Source: Spirochaetota bacterium (GTDB lineage: Bacteria > Spirochaetota > UBA4802 > JAFGDQ01). From it: 64,000 bases of DNA. Within the stretch, counting starts at the first letter, position 1. Every line of letters starts with the position of its first letter. The translations under genes and the position numbers were made by a program. The notes under the pieces were generated by a model, which saw nothing but the letters and a program-made list of their open reading frames with translations, was not told the origin of the DNA and did no database searches. The DNA is taken from positions 44,064 through 108,063 of the forward strand of contig JAZDKB010000020.1 of assembly GCA_043803405.1 (NCBI GenBank). Direction: 5' to 3'. Shown here piece by piece: positions 62,703 through 64,000 of the stretch.

Positions 62703-63673
62703 ATTGTTACACCATCCGTAATATTTTCTTTGGGGTTCGACAGGGAATTCGAACGGGTCAATATCCAGTCGATACTGCTTGTGAGGCTGAAGATCGAAAC
62801 AAAAACCGCGAATAAAACCGAGACAGTAAGAGCTGACGAAATTGAATAGCCCAAAGGCTGAAGCAGGAAGATATATGCTCCTTCGCGCATCCCGTACCCG
62901 TTAAGCCCCACAGGCGCCATTGCCAGCACCGAAGACGCGCTTGTTATGAAAAATAGATCCGGTGCGCCGGGAACAGGAAGCCCAAGGCCTTTCATGACCG
63001 AAGCCACAACCAGCGCGACACATATCTGGAACACAAAAGATAATGCCAGAGAAAACCATAAAGCGCGGGGCTGGTCCATTAATCCGCATGCTGATTCGGA
63101 AAAAGATATCCACGATTTACTTATCCTACCGTTTCTTGTTTTTATGAATGCCGGTGTCCAGCCTGTAAGGAGAATATAAGTTGCGAGAACGCCGGCAATA
63201 AACAAAACACACATAAGACCAATCGCAGGCAAAAAAGGCTTTGTGGCAAAAGCAGCGCCGGCTATCCCCAGTAAAGCAAGCGAAACTGCTGCAAGGGCGC
63301 GGTCCACTACAACCGAAGCAGCAGCGTGCGCGGTGCGCCCGTAATACTTTCCCGCGAGGATAATGCGCACGCCGTCGCCACCGATGCTCGAAGGCAGAAA
63401 GTTGTTAAAAAACAATGCTTTTACATAAATCCTGAAAAGATAGATTATGCTCTTAAAATTCCGGCTGCCGAGCAGCAGCCCCCATTTCCATGCGCTTATA
63501 ATCACGGATAAAATAATAAATCCAAAAACCGCCGGGAGCCAGCTTAACTCAAAATGAACCAGCGATTGATAGATTTTATCAAGATCCGCGAAAGCTATTA
63601 CAATGCCGAGCAGCAATAAGGACACGGATATGCGTAAAATCAAAAACAGGTAGCGTTTAGTTTTTTCTTTCAT
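62699..63673 (-). CDS. Lysylphosphatidylglycerol-synthase TM (flippase-like) protein
   Basis: FNNFLPSSIGGD, SVVVDR, P...NG.G.RE. Confidence 0.85.
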   Translation of the reverse strand: MKEKTKRYLFLILRISVSLLLLGIVIAFADLDKIYQSLVHFELSWLPAVFGFIILSVIISAWKWGLLLGSRNFKSIIYLFRIYVKALFFNNFLPSSIGGDGVRIILAGKYYGRTAHAAASVVVDRALAAVSLALLGIAGAAFATKPFLPAIGLMCVLFIAGVLATYILLTGWTPAFIKTRNGRISKSWISFSESACGLMDQPRALWFSLALSFVFQICVALVVASVMKGLGLPVPGAPDLFFITSASSVLAMAPVGLNGYGMREGAYIFLLQPLGYSISSALTVSVLFAVFVSIFSLTSSIDWILTRSNSLSNPKENITDGVTI

Positions 63674-63829
63674 GTTTATTTTAATATCCCAGGAATATTT
63701 TAAACCTCATCCCCCTAACCTCGCAGGGCTGTCTCATGCTAAATTTTTAGTATGAATCACTTATTAACTCACCCCCTAACCCCAATGTCATTAAGTTAAG
63801 GATTATTATTGCTTTTATATTGCAATTTT

Positions 63830-63980
63830 TGCTCCCGGCCCCCTAACCCCCGAAGGGGGCATAAAAATTTTTTATTGAATAAATTCTCATTTTCACAATG
63901 GATTAGCACATAATCTATATTTAATATCAAAAGATATTGTTTCCCCTTCCAAGCCGGTGCCCCCTTTGGGGGATAGGGGG
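63830..63980. repeat. MITE/REP-doublet-like element, copy 2
   Basis: Direct repeat of 59724-59867; partial arms (CCCCCTAACC) also near 63711 and 63772. Confidence 0.85.
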
Positions 63981-64000
63981 TTAAATGCAAAAGCCTTAAC

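Overview
Bacterial (diderm, probably anaerobic; lineage not determinable from this window) DNA in three blocks. (1) 1-12050 is a visibly AT-rich surface-polysaccharide locus: GT4, a B12-radical SAM/radical SAM-SPASM fusion, Wzx, an oppositely oriented rfbF-rfbG-epimerase-C-methyltransferase-reductase cassette and a methyltransferase. (2) About 12070-52210 is a ~40 kb molybdenum-linked island. Nine copies of a 24-bp ModE-like palindrome (CG[T/A]TAT[G/A]T-N8-A[C/T]ATA[A/T]CG), each 6-9 nt from a TTGAC[A/T] hexamer, head nearly every transcription unit. The island holds modDAABC, a porin, three TonB-dependent receptors, TonB-ExbBD, metal-chelate ABC transporters, a divergent MoeA, a HypB/CobW-type GTPase module, DUF364, DUF1847 and a short ModE. 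Its most striking element is a nifH-nifD-like-nifK-like trio at the end of a receptor/ABC uptake operon. The D and K proteins keep the six P-cluster cysteines, but D has lost the FeMo-cofactor ligands and pocket residues, and no nifB/E/N is in the window. This suggests a repurposed nitrogenase-derived reductase serving metal or cofactor scavenging rather than N2 fixation (inference). (3) 52260-64000 holds peptidase S51, a PaaK-like ligase, a flavin reductase and a glycolipid-type glycosyltransferase cluster with a TIGR04282-TIGR04283 fusion, plus REP/MITE-like repeats. All family assignments are from motif recognition by eye; no searches were run.
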